A stretch of DNA of 32,000 bases from Erysipelotrichaceae bacterium (GCA_028698185.1 JAQVDW010000001.1:60001-92000); one strand, 5' to 3'; counted from the first letter of the stretch, positions 16,192 through 27,057 are shown. The notes: generated by a model not told the origin, from the letters alone. Numbers and translations are program-made.

Positions 16192-18520
16192 GCCAGGTCC
16201 TCGCGATTATTTCATTTTGCAATTTCTGGTCAAGTTCCACAAAATATGCCGTATAACCGGCAACCCGGACGGTAAGCGAATGGAATTTATCCGGATATTT
16301 TTGCGCTTCGAGCAAAGTTTCCTTGTTGACGACATTGAATTGCATGTGACAGACTTTCAGGTCGACAAATCCCCGCAACAGTGCACAGAACTGGTCAAGT
16401 CCTTTGTCTGTTTTGAAAAGGTCGGGAAGAAATTTGAGATTGAGCAGGCCGCCGTTGGTTGTACAACAATTGGGTATCCGTGCCACCGACATCAATACTG
16501 CTGTGGGCCCCTGTTTGTCGCGGCCATATACTGGCGATAGACCGCCGTCGGCCAGGGGCTCCCGGGCTTTGCGGCCATCCGGTGAGGCACCGAGATTTTC
16601 TCCCATAGGTACATGGGCAGATACCGTATACATTCCTGGATGATATTTGCCTTGGCGGTAGTTTTGACGTCTCTCCAGCCCCTTCTTGAAATACAGGGCC
16701 CACTGGGCTCCAATCTGGTCAACCCAAGCCACATCATTACCGTATTTTTCACATTTGTTTTTGATTATCGCAGCGACAATCGGATTTCCTGTAAAATCAG
16801 ATTTAAGTTCCTCAAGCATTTCCTGGGCGCTGATGAGCTGTTGCTCATAGACCAGCTTCTTGATGGCCCCAAGGCTGTCAGCCAGATTGGCTATCTGGAT
16901 CAGTTGGATTCCAGAAAGGTTGTATTTGGCACCACCTTTAGTCACATCTTTGCCATTTGCCAGACAATCATCGATCACGCTCGATAAAAAAGCACTGGGC
17001 AAAAACTGCTGGTGGGCCATTTCGATAGACTCGCATGATCCAATCATCTTTTCCATGAAATAATCGATTTGCATTTTTAAAGCTTCTTCAAGATCATGGT
17101 AACTCGAGTAATCCGTGAGGTTGCCCAAATCAAGTCCCAGCTGCTGTCCGGTAAGCAGACATTTGCCGTTGTTGAGTGTCAGCTCAAGGACTTTGTTGAT
17201 GTTGAACATCGCCGCATCGGACCAGCCAAGATTGTTTCCTTGGGTAGTCAATTCGACGCATCCGACAATCGCATAGTCGCAGGCATCGTCTTGTTCGATA
17301 TCCAATTCCTTGATCAGCGGTTCGATAATTGCCTCATCGTTGAAAAATTGAGGCATCCCACTTCCCTTACCGACCACAACAGCCGCCTTTTTCAGGAATT
17401 CTGGTGAAGTCGCCTTGTTCAGGCGGACTGACAGGTTTGGTTGAGGCAAGCCAAGGTCTTCCTGGGCCTGCAAAAACAAATACGAAAGTTCATTGGCCCC
17501 ATCTTCATTGAGGTTGTTTCTCCCTCCCAATGCCACATTGAAACCGATTGGGAATCCGGCAAAGTATTTGGCACTGTGTTCGTTGCGCATATATACGATC
17601 TGGTTGAATTTCAAAAATAGACATTCGATCAATTCCAGTGCCTCGTTGGAGTCGATAATGCCATGAGCAAGGTCGTTCTGGTAATATGGCCATAGATATT
17701 GGTCCATCCGGCCTGGTGAAAACGATGATGCGTTGCTTTCAAGATGAAGGATCACAAAAAGGAACCAAACCGACTGGAGCGCTTCATGGAAAGTAAGTGC
17801 GGGGCGGACTGCCAGGTTCTCACAATTGTTTTTGACAACTGAGAGGTTACTGTACTTTTCAGGGTTTGTGGCGGCCGTTTTTTCAGTCAGGTCGCTGTAG
17901 CGGAGCATGAAGTTCCGGGCCCCTTCAAGAACGAGCAGCGTGCACTCGTAGAATTCGCGTTGTTCTTCTTCGCAGTCCTGTAGGTGCATCCTGGCCTCAT
18001 CGTATAAGCCGGGCACCCCTAATTCCAGCCATTTTTTTACGTTTGGACAGATATGCCCCTGGGCATGGTCTTTCTGGTTGATTTTCACTGTCTTTTCAAT
18101 TTCCTTGAGTGAATCGCCGAAATTGCTGTAGATGAAATCTTCCATCGAGCGGTTGTTCCAAAATGGAGAAATGAATTTCCTGAATGTCTCCTTGTCCTCC
18201 TCCCTGACTAGAAACTGGTCTTGCGCTCTTGAATCGATCGTGTCGAGTTCTTTAAGAACCCAGGAACAGCCGCTTTCTGGAAAGACAACGCCATCGCGAG
18301 GGTTGGCGGTCCGATTGCCGACAATCAGTTCGTCTTCATCGATTGCGATCCGGATGTTTTCCAGGGTGTTTTTCAATGCCAGCGCTCTTTTTTTGGGGAT
18401 TGAAAGGTCCGGATTTTCCCTGTAAGTGTCGGTGATGATGACCGCCTGTTCAATCGAGAGATATCGTCTGTTTGATTCGAGTTTATGTTTAAGTCTTGAA
18501 ATCCTTTTGTTGTCTGTCAT
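16178..18520 (-). CDS. Glycyl radical enzyme, PFL2/glycerol-dehydratase-like (1,2-eliminase type); substrate not assignable from sequence by eye
   Basis: 780 aa with the C-terminal glycyl radical motif LTVRVAGYTAYFVELDQKLQNEIIARTWH and the thiyl loop AIVGCVELTTQGNNLGWSDAAMFN (GCVE rather than the CC of true PFL). Confidence 0.9.
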   Translation of the reverse strand: MTDNKRISRLKHKLESNRRYLSIEQAVIITDTYRENPDLSIPKKRALALKNTLENIRIAIDEDELIVGNRTANPRDGVVFPESGCSWVLKELDTIDSRAQDQFLVREEDKETFRKFISPFWNNRSMEDFIYSNFGDSLKEIEKTVKINQKDHAQGHICPNVKKWLELGVPGLYDEARMHLQDCEEEQREFYECTLLVLEGARNFMLRYSDLTEKTAATNPEKYSNLSVVKNNCENLAVRPALTFHEALQSVWFLFVILHLESNASSFSPGRMDQYLWPYYQNDLAHGIIDSNEALELIECLFLKFNQIVYMRNEHSAKYFAGFPIGFNVALGGRNNLNEDGANELSYLFLQAQEDLGLPQPNLSVRLNKATSPEFLKKAAVVVGKGSGMPQFFNDEAIIEPLIKELDIEQDDACDYAIVGCVELTTQGNNLGWSDAAMFNINKVLELTLNNGKCLLTGQQLGLDLGNLTDYSSYHDLEEALKMQIDYFMEKMIGSCESIEMAHQQFLPSAFLSSVIDDCLANGKDVTKGGAKYNLSGIQLIQIANLADSLGAIKKLVYEQQLISAQEMLEELKSDFTGNPIVAAIIKNKCEKYGNDVAWVDQIGAQWALYFKKGLERRQNYRQGKYHPGMYTVSAHVPMGENLGASPDGRKAREPLADGGLSPVYGRDKQGPTAVLMSVARIPNCCTTNGGLLNLKFLPDLFKTDKGLDQFCALLRGFVDLKVCHMQFNVVNKETLLEAQKYPDKFHSLTVRVAGYTAYFVELDQKLQNEIIARTWHDFD

Positions 18521-18527
18521 AGTCCAC

Positions 18528-19289
18528 CTACAATAATTCGATATTTGATATTTCTAACTGTTCGTAAAATTCTTTTTCGGGCAATTCGCTTACAAGCAGA
18601 AAATCGATTTCCCTTAGATCCGCAAAAACAAAATTGCCATATTCATGGAATTTGCGGTTCTCAACCAGAAGAAATGATTTCTTGGAATTCGCAATTATTT
18701 GTTTCTTGAACAGACCGTCATCGATCCGGTAAGTGGATACCTGATTAGAAAAGACATCGACTCCTGTCAAACCGATATATGATTTGTCGATGACGAAGTT
18801 CTTAACTGTGCTGCTGGCAAGGGTGCCGTTGAAACCATCGCGATCCTCGTTGATCTGTCCACCCACAAATATCAGGGTCACATTGTTGCACGGGGCAAGG
18901 ATGTTCAAAATTTCGATCATGTTCGTGATTACAGTCACTTTGATGTTCCTATTAATAATCTCTTTGGCTATTTCCACGTTTGTGAGAGAGATGTCGAGAA
19001 ACAGGGTGTCCCGGGCCTCAATTGTTTTGATTGCTTTTTTGGCGATTGCAACTCGCTCGTGATCAGGAAGCTCCTTGCGTTGGGAACTGCCATGAAGGTG
19101 GCGGTTCGTGGATACCCGGATCGCTCCCCCGTAAGCTTTTTCCAAGAGATTTTGCTTCTGGAGAATTGTCAGGTCCTTGCGGATACAATCTTCGCTTACG
19201 TCGAATTCCATAGCCAGGTCCTTGACAAGCACTCGCCCGGTTTTATTCAATTTTGATACTATCTTCTGATGCCGTTCTTTTGCAAACAT
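18528..19289 (-). CDS. DeoR/GlpR-family transcriptional regulator
   Basis: N-terminal wHTH ERHQKIVSKLNKTGRVLVKDLAMEFDVSEDCIRKDLTILQ plus a DeoR C-terminal sugar-phosphate sensor-type domain. It lies 7 nt upstream of the GRE start. Confidence 0.9.
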   Translation of the reverse strand: MFAKERHQKIVSKLNKTGRVLVKDLAMEFDVSEDCIRKDLTILQKQNLLEKAYGGAIRVSTNRHLHGSSQRKELPDHERVAIAKKAIKTIEARDTLFLDISLTNVEIAKEIINRNIKVTVITNMIEILNILAPCNNVTLIFVGGQINEDRDGFNGTLASSTVKNFVIDKSYIGLTGVDVFSNQVSTYRIDDGLFKKQIIANSKKSFLLVENRKFHEYGNFVFADLREIDFLLVSELPEKEFYEQLEISNIELL

Positions 19290-19329
19290 GGATTACCTCT
19301 TGTTTCTTATTGTTTTCTATTCTTTTAAC

Positions 19330-19358
19330 ATTATATGATAGATAAGGATAACTATCAA
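19330..19358 (-). promoter_or_regulatory. Near-consensus promoter for deoR-GRE-activase with an overlapping inverted repeat (candidate DeoR operator)
   Basis: Minus strand reads TTGATA-N17-TATAAT. The inverted repeat TGATAG-N10-CTATCA (19336-19357) spans the -35 and spacer. Confidence 0.5.
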
Positions 19359-19458
19359 TTGGAAATCACGACTTTCGCAAACTTGAAAATAATCCATTCT
19401 GTTTCAAATCATAGTAGCACGATAGGAATGGTATTGTTCACAGTGTTACATAAATAAG

Positions 19459-19495
19459 TCGAAATGCTTGAAATTGAAATATATAATGTTAAAAT
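19459..19495 (+). promoter_or_regulatory. Candidate peroxiredoxin promoter (two alternative readings)
   Basis: One reading is TCGAAA-N17-TATAAT (-10 at 19482-19487, identical in context to the deoR -10). The other is TTGAAA(19468)-N16-TAAAAT(19490). Confidence 0.35.
19468..19480 (+). promoter_or_regulatory. TTGAAATTGAAAT motif, copy 1 (candidate shared operator)
   Basis: An exact 13-mer also occurs upstream of katG. This copy lies 50-62 nt upstream of the prx ATG, within or next to the promoter. Confidence 0.35.
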
Positions 19496-19529
19496 ATAAG
19501 TAGAATCAATATATCGAAAGGAGAATTAT

Positions 19530-20219
19530 ATGGAAACGAATGAAACACAAAAAGAATTGGTTACCTTACCTTTGATTGGCGAAAAAGCCCCATCTTTCAA
19601 GGCTGTCACTACCCAGGGTGAAATTTCTTTTCCGGAAGATTTCAAAGGGAAATGGGTGATTCTGTTTAGCCATCCGGCGGATTTCACTCCGGTCTGCACG
19701 ACTGAATTCATGACTTTCGCCAGCATGCAGGATGAGTTCAAGGCACTGAATACCGAGCTGATCGGGTTGTCAGTGGATTCGCTTTATGCCCACATCGCCT
19801 GGTTGAGAACCATTCAGGAAAAAATCGAGTACAAGGGTATGAAAAATGTCGAAGTGAAGTTCCCGCTGATCGAAGACATCAAAATGGATGTCGCCAAAAA
19901 ATTCGGAATGATCCAACCAGGTTCCTCTTCGACCCAGGCAGTCAGGGCGGTGTTCGTCATGGATCCTGACGCAGTTGTCCGGACCATACTTTATTACCCT
20001 TCTTCAATGGGACGCAATTTCGATGAAATCAAACGGATAATAATTGCCTTGCAAAAGGCTGACAAGGAATCGATTGCGACCCCAGCAAACTGGCAGCCAG
20101 GAGACGATGTGATTTTGCCACCGCCAGGATCTTGCGGTACCGCCAAAGAACGAATGGAAAGTGACGAGACCGGAAAGTATTGCCTTGACTGGTTCATGTG
20201 TTTTAGAAAAGAAAGCTGA
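19530..20219 (+). CDS. Peroxiredoxin (Prx6/1-Cys-like subfamily with a Cys-containing C-terminal extension)
   Basis: It has FSHPADFTPVCTTEF (peroxidatic Cys), LSVDS...HIAW, and a C-terminal CGTAKER...YCLDWFMCFRK. SD AAAGGAG lies upstream of ATG 19530. Confidence 0.9.
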   Translation: METNETQKELVTLPLIGEKAPSFKAVTTQGEISFPEDFKGKWVILFSHPADFTPVCTTEFMTFASMQDEFKALNTELIGLSVDSLYAHIAWLRTIQEKIEYKGMKNVEVKFPLIEDIKMDVAKKFGMIQPGSSSTQAVRAVFVMDPDAVVRTILYYPSSMGRNFDEIKRIIIALQKADKESIATPANWQPGDDVILPPPGSCGTAKERMESDETGKYCLDWFMCFRKES

Positions 20220-20242
20220 GACATTCAATTAAAAATTACGCG

Positions 20243-20266
20243 AAAAGAGCCGAAACCGGCTCTTTT
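20243..20266. terminator. Bidirectional intrinsic terminator shared by the convergent prx and katG genes
   Basis: AAAAGAGCCG-aaac-CGGCTCTTTT forms a 10-bp stem with A/T runs on both sides. Confidence 0.7.
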
Positions 20267-20274
20267 CCTGTACG

Positions 20275-22470
<2,196 letters not shown>

Positions 22471-22472
22471 TC

Positions 22473-22485
22473 ATTTCAATTTCAA
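22473..22485 (-). promoter_or_regulatory. TTGAAATTGAAAT motif, copy 2 (candidate shared operator) in the katG leader
   Basis: Minus strand reads ggTTGAAATTGAAATgaaaggagtc, immediately upstream of the katG SD. It is identical to the 13-mer at 19468-19480. Confidence 0.35.
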
Positions 22486-22487
22486 CC

Positions 22488-22502
22488 ATGTAAGCGCTAT
22501 CT
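22488..22502. promoter_or_regulatory. cre-like (CcpA box-like) site in the katG leader
   Basis: ATGTAAGCGCTATCT fits the degenerate cre consensus WTGNAANCGNWNNCW at every specified position. It lies just downstream of the candidate -10. Confidence 0.3.
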
Positions 22503-22508
22503 GATTTT

Positions 22509-22537
22509 ATAATAACATGATGGGTGTTTTTTGTCAC
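22509..22537 (-). promoter_or_regulatory. Candidate katG promoter
   Basis: Minus strand reads GTGACA-N17-TATTAT. Confidence 0.3.
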
Positions 22538-22542
22538 TAAAT

Positions 22543-22563
22543 AAAAAACCGCCCCAGGCGGTT
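22543..22563 (-). terminator. Intrinsic terminator after the MBL hydrolase gene
   Basis: Minus strand reads AACCGCC-tgg-GGCGGTT followed by TTTTTAT. The stem starts at the stop codon. Confidence 0.65.
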
Positions 22564-23177
22564 CAAGTCAAATAATAATTCGATTTCTGTTCCTCTTGCA
22601 ATGTGGTCGGATCGCCATGGCCGGGATAAACCACAGCATCGAATTCCATTTTCTTGATCTTTTCAATCGTGTTTCGCGTATCGAACCGTGATGAATTTGG
22701 AAAATCGAAACGTCCGATTGCACCTTGGAATAGGACATCACCCGAAAAAATCGTATTTTGATCCTTGAAGTATATCATGCAAGAATCAGGAGTATGTCCT
22801 GGCAGGTGCAAATATTCGAACCTGAACTCGCCTATCGAGTCAAGGTCGTCACTCGCAAATAAAGCTGATCTTAGCGCCATAGGAGTGTAGTGACAAGACA
22901 AGTTCATATTAGGGTCGTTTGCCGCAACGATGCCTTCGGAATGGATATAAACAGGAACATGGTATCTATCGACAAGGTAGTCGACCGCCCCGATATGGTC
23001 GAAATGGCTATGGGTCAACAAAATCGCCAATGGCTGAAGTTCGTTTTCGACTATGAAGTTGTGGACCTTTTTTCCAATATCGCCCGGGTCGATGATCAGG
23101 CAATGACGACTTGACTCGTCATATACGACATAGCAGTTGACAGCCATCGCTCCTAGTATCAGTCTTTTGACTTTCAT
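22563..23177 (-). CDS. MBL-fold metallo-hydrolase (YqgX/glyoxalase II-like)
   Basis: 204 aa with the HxHxDH motif LLTHSHFDHIG, later LPGHTPDS, and the GHG motif. Confidence 0.85.
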   Translation of the reverse strand: MKVKRLILGAMAVNCYVVYDESSRHCLIIDPGDIGKKVHNFIVENELQPLAILLTHSHFDHIGAVDYLVDRYHVPVYIHSEGIVAANDPNMNLSCHYTPMALRSALFASDDLDSIGEFRFEYLHLPGHTPDSCMIYFKDQNTIFSGDVLFQGAIGRFDFPNSSRFDTRNTIEKIKKMEFDAVVYPGHGDPTTLQEEQKSNYYLT

Positions 23178-23221
23178 TGTATCTCTCTCACTTTCAACGA
23201 TTTACATAAAAACCTTTAAAC

Positions 23222-23249
23222 AAAAATAAGCCATTATGTGGCTTATTTT
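23222..23249 (-). terminator. Intrinsic terminator after rpmG (the stem includes the stop codon)
   Basis: Minus strand reads AAAATAAGCCA-cataa-TGGCTTATTTT followed by TGTTT. Confidence 0.55.
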
Positions 23250-23392
23250 TTTTCTTTGTGAACTGTTTTTTTATTGCATCTTGGGCAGTATTTATTTACT
23301 TCCATTTTTTCTGGATGATTTCTTTTGTTTTTAGTTCCGATATAGTTTTCTTCACCACATTCAGTACATTTAAAAGTAACGTTATCTCTCAT
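23243..23392 (-). CDS. rpmG: 50S ribosomal protein L33 (zinc-ribbon, C+ form)
   Basis: 49 aa from ATG 23392: [49 protein letters not shown], with CxxC...CxxC. SD GGAGG lies upstream. The ORF-track start at 23437 adds 15 residues. Confidence 0.9.
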   Translation of the reverse strand: MRDNVTFKCTECGEENYIGTKNKRNHPEKMEVNKYCPRCNKKTVHKEKK

Positions 23393-23465
23393 TATTTTAA
23401 CCTCCTGTTTATAAGTCTTACTGATACATATTAGCATAATCAGATTCTAAAATCCAGTGATTTTT

Positions 23466-25556
23466 TCAAATTCCATATAATTCTACATACTTATCCAAAA
23501 CCGCCCTGACAACATCGCCAGCGGAATGGCTTGAAGAGTTACCAGAAACATTGACATCCTGACGGTAAGTGAAGCAGGCAAAGGACAGAATCGGCTGATC
23601 TGATTCATCGACGATATATCCGATAATCAAATGGTTTGGATGGTCATCGTTGCTTGGATAGTCATAAACTTCCGCAGTCCCTGTTTTCGCATATACTTTA
23701 TACGATGTACCCGTGAAATAACCGTAAGCGGTCCCACTCGAGCGGGCAACACAGGCCTCCATGCCCAGTTTGATCTGTTCGAATGCAACCGTCTGTTCCG
23801 ACACGTCATCGAGAATAGTCGTCGGTTTTTCATAAACAAAAATCTTCTCCCCGGTGTCGTCGTAAACATACGCATCTTCCAGAAGGTGCGGCTGAATTCG
23901 ATACCCTCCGTTTGCCAGGGAGCTTACATATTGGGCAACCTGAATCATTGTATAAGAGTCGTATTGGCCGATGAACTCATCGAGAAGGAAACCTGGACTT
24001 GTCGATGAGCCGACGTAACCAAGCTGTTCGTTGGGGATGTCGATCAATGTCTTGACCCCCAATCCCAGCTCGCCTTGGGATTGACGGGCCTGGACAAAGG
24101 CTTCGGGATTTATGTACAGTGCATCCCCATAGACGTAGTTTGCTCCCCCAAGCATCATCGCAATCCGGAACATATAGACATTGGAAGACATCGCCATGGC
24201 GTCGATCTCGTTGATCAGACCCATGTTTTTCCAAGAGCCTTTCTCCTTGGTGCCCTTTATTTTTATCGGCGTATCCATAAGGTAGGTGTTTGGGGCAATC
24301 AGTCCGTATTTGAATCCGATGTAAAGTGAAGAACCTTTAATCGTCGATCCGATCAGATTCGCATCCAGATAGTTCCCTGAAGAATAGTCGTAAACTTCGC
24401 CTGTTTCCTTGTTGATTGTCTGTCCGCTCATGGCCAGGACCGATCCGTCATTAGGATCCATCAAGGTCAGAAACATCTTGTTGAAATATTGGTTGCTTGA
24501 GTTGTTTTCGATGAGTTCATTGGAGATCAGCTGATCAGCGTATTGCTGCAGGCGCCAGTCGATGGTCAGACGCAAATTCGCCCCTGAGGCTCCGTTCGAT
24601 ATATAATCGATATTCGAATTGCCATACGCGTCATATGTCAGAGTGTAGGAAGAGTCGGTGCCCCGCAGGAGGTCCTCATACTGCTGCTCGATTCCTGAGA
24701 CCCCGACCCGGGCGTCGTTAGGATAACCGAGGGCCAGGAGCTCATCCTTGATTTCGTAAGGTAGACCTTGCTTCTTGGTGGTTACCTTTCCTAAAACCTG
24801 GCGGAATTCGCTGTCGTAATTGTAGGCCCGGGTCCAGTCCTTGGTAACCTGGATTCCTTCGAGCATGTCGAGATTGGAAGCAATCAAACTGGCTTCCTCG
24901 ATTGAAATGTCCGAGATTATTACTGATGAGGTTCTTGTGTAGTTGATCATGTAGTACAAGCGGGCTTTTTCAAGCTCGTCCTTGGACATGTTCTCGTTTA
25001 AAAAATCCTCAGTGATTCTTTCAAGAAGCAGCTTATAGTAGTTATTGTCGTAATTCTCGCTGTCCTTGGCCATCAATTCCTCTTTTTCACTGGCTGAAAC
25101 AATCGCATCAAGGCTTTCTTTGTAATAATAAATATAATAATCCTTTTTTTCACGCAGAGTGATCTGGGAATCATCGAATTCCACATTCATGCTCAGGAAA
25201 TTTACGATAGTGTCAATCTGAGTGGAAGTCTGGTCCCCTTTGTAGTAAGCGACATTGATTATATTGGTATTGGATACCAGGGTCGTATAGTTCACATCGA
25301 CAATATTTCCCCTAGGTGCATCGTTTGTATAAATGGTTCTTCCGTATTTATCGAGAACCAACGAGTAGTGGTCGCTTTTTATCAATTGGATGTATCCGAG
25401 CCTGAAAACCAGTGTAAAAATCAAACAAAAGGCGATCACAAAGATCACTTTCAGCCGGAATATGACCAGGTTGTTTATTTTGGTTCGTTCTTCATAGTTT
25501 GCCTGGGATATCCCTTCAAACACATGACCCTTAGGTTTTTTCAGTTTAATTTTCAT
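23466..25556 (-). CDS. Class B penicillin-binding protein (transpeptidase, PBP2-type)
   Basis: 696 aa with an N-terminal membrane anchor, a PBP dimerisation domain, and the SxxK (GSTIKG), SxN (MSSNVYM) and KTG (AKTGTAE) motifs. Confidence 0.9.
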   Translation of the reverse strand: MKIKLKKPKGHVFEGISQANYEERTKINNLVIFRLKVIFVIAFCLIFTLVFRLGYIQLIKSDHYSLVLDKYGRTIYTNDAPRGNIVDVNYTTLVSNTNIINVAYYKGDQTSTQIDTIVNFLSMNVEFDDSQITLREKKDYYIYYYKESLDAIVSASEKEELMAKDSENYDNNYYKLLLERITEDFLNENMSKDELEKARLYYMINYTRTSSVIISDISIEEASLIASNLDMLEGIQVTKDWTRAYNYDSEFRQVLGKVTTKKQGLPYEIKDELLALGYPNDARVGVSGIEQQYEDLLRGTDSSYTLTYDAYGNSNIDYISNGASGANLRLTIDWRLQQYADQLISNELIENNSSNQYFNKMFLTLMDPNDGSVLAMSGQTINKETGEVYDYSSGNYLDANLIGSTIKGSSLYIGFKYGLIAPNTYLMDTPIKIKGTKEKGSWKNMGLINEIDAMAMSSNVYMFRIAMMLGGANYVYGDALYINPEAFVQARQSQGELGLGVKTLIDIPNEQLGYVGSSTSPGFLLDEFIGQYDSYTMIQVAQYVSSLANGGYRIQPHLLEDAYVYDDTGEKIFVYEKPTTILDDVSEQTVAFEQIKLGMEACVARSSGTAYGYFTGTSYKVYAKTGTAEVYDYPSNDDHPNHLIIGYIVDESDQPILSFACFTYRQDVNVSGNSSSHSAGDVVRAVLDKYVELYGI

Positions 25557-25572
25557 TTTATCACCGTGAATA

Positions 25573-25601
25573 ATTATAACTTAAATGTCCTTTTAAGTAA
25601 A
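25573..25601 (-). promoter_or_regulatory. Candidate promoter for the PBP-rpmG-MBL unit
   Basis: Minus strand reads TTTACT-N17-TATAAT. Confidence 0.45.
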
Positions 25602-25638
25602 TGATATTAAACAAGAAACTCCATTATGTGAAATTAAC

Positions 25639-25661
25639 AAAAAAAAGTCCGTTAGGACTTT
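25639..25661 (-). terminator. Intrinsic terminator after the GH1 gene
   Basis: Minus strand reads AAAGTCC-taac-GGACTTT followed by TTTTTGTT. Confidence 0.65.
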
Positions 25662-27057
25662 ATTCGAACTCATTGTTGAGGGCGATTTCGCGGATCCATT
25701 GGGCGGATTTTTTCTCTTCTCTTTGGTATCCCTTGTCAAGACATACGCGGACAAAACCATAACGGTTCTTGAATGCGTTATACCAAGACCAGTTGTCAAT
25801 AACACCCCAATAATGGTAGCCAAGGCAATTCGCACCATCTTCGATCGATTTTGCAATCCAGATCAGATGGTCGCGGACGAAATCGATCCGGTAATCATCC
25901 TGGATCACACCATCTTGATAATATTTCTCTTCTCCTTCGACTCCCATTCCGTTTTCGGAAATGAAAAATGGCAGATCAGGACATTCCTTTTTGATTTTCA
26001 TACCGAAGTCATAAATTCCCTGAGGATAGATTTCCCACCCGCGATGGACGTTCATCTTTCTTTCGGGCCAAATATATGGTTTGGCGATCATTGGATTTCC
26101 TGATTCGTCAAAATCACAATCCGGTGCCTGAACCCTGGTTGGTTGATAATAGTTGAACCCCAACCAATCGACAACACCTTCAGCTAGGATGGCATCGTCA
26201 CCAGGACGGCGACCGATGTCGATCTTCCATTTGTTTTCGACAGTGTCGATGACATCTTCTGGAAGATGGCCATGAGCAACAACATCGAGCCACCAGCGGT
26301 TGTGCAGTCCGTCGGTCATCCGTACCGCTTCAAGATCCTCAGGTGTTGGATCAGGACGGGTATAAGGTGGGGCGAAACAGTTGATCATCCCGATTTTGGC
26401 ATCCTGGTCGATCTTATCGGCAGCCTTGAGTTTGCGGAAGTTGTGCACCGCCAAGCTGTGAGCCAGCGTGATGTTGTATTGCACCTTGATCGAAGTTGAG
26501 AAGTCTTTTACATACGGGTACCAGTTGCCATGGAGATATTGTTGTTCCGGTTCGACAATCGGCTCGTTGAAGGTGAACCAGTATTTGACTTTATGTCCGA
26601 ATTCCTCCATCGCGATCTTCACGAAGTTGGCATAAGCTTCGACGATTTCCCGATTGGCCCAGCCTCCTTTTTGGTAAAGGTATTCTGGCATGTCGAAATG
26701 GTACATGTTCATGAAGATGTCGATCTTGTTTTCGTTGGCACAGTCAATCAGTTTGTGGTACCAGGCGGCTCCGGCAGGATTGAGTTTGCCATCACGATCG
26801 ATCAGCCGGGTCCATTGCATTGAAGTGCGGAATGATTTGAAGTTCAGGCTTTTTAGCAATTTGATATCTTCTTCGTACCGGTGGTACATGTCATTGCCCA
26901 CATATGATCCGACATTGTTGAAGAACTTGTTTATCTCCAGATCCGATGTCATATCCCAATAAGAACGCAAACGTCCTTCGATATTATAGGCACCTTCCGT
27001 CTGGGGACCGCTCATTGCAGCCCCAAAGAAAAAATCTTTTGGTAATTTGTAAGTCAT
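25660..27057 (-). CDS. Glycoside hydrolase family 1, probably 6-phospho-beta-glucosidase
   Basis: 465 aa from ATG 27057 (MTYKLPKDFFFGAAMSGPQTEG), with SD AAGGAGG. It has acid/base FTFNEP and nucleophile ISENGMG. The C-terminal DNWSWYNAFKNRYG has Ser in place of the beta-glucosidase Glu, plus Lys/Tyr, as in phospho-specific GH1 enzymes. The ORF-track start at 27228 runs into lepA. Confidence 0.88.
   Translation of the reverse strand: MTYKLPKDFFFGAAMSGPQTEGAYNIEGRLRSYWDMTSDLEINKFFNNVGSYVGNDMYHRYEEDIKLLKSLNFKSFRTSMQWTRLIDRDGKLNPAGAAWYHKLIDCANENKIDIFMNMYHFDMPEYLYQKGGWANREIVEAYANFVKIAMEEFGHKVKYWFTFNEPIVEPEQQYLHGNWYPYVKDFSTSIKVQYNITLAHSLAVHNFRKLKAADKIDQDAKIGMINCFAPPYTRPDPTPEDLEAVRMTDGLHNRWWLDVVAHGHLPEDVIDTVENKWKIDIGRRPGDDAILAEGVVDWLGFNYYQPTRVQAPDCDFDESGNPMIAKPYIWPERKMNVHRGWEIYPQGIYDFGMKIKKECPDLPFFISENGMGVEGEEKYYQDGVIQDDYRIDFVRDHLIWIAKSIEDGANCLGYHYWGVIDNWSWYNAFKNRYGFVRVCLDKGYQREEKKSAQWIREIALNNEFE

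Noticed and set aside
19437-19447. 11-mer TTCACAGTGTT shared between the deoR/prx intergenic region and the SSB-upstream spacer (29971-29981).
   Set aside because: A chance 11-mer match between two AT-rich regions of this size is only marginally unlikely (a few percent). The flanks diverge immediately, so I do not claim it as a motif.
25593-25856. 87-aa minus-strand ORF spanning the GH1 3' end and its terminator. Similarly a 67-aa ORF at 31524-31727 across the IS end and the acpS terminator.
   Set aside because: Both overlap a real gene or terminator or IS end, have no SD, and have implausible sequences.
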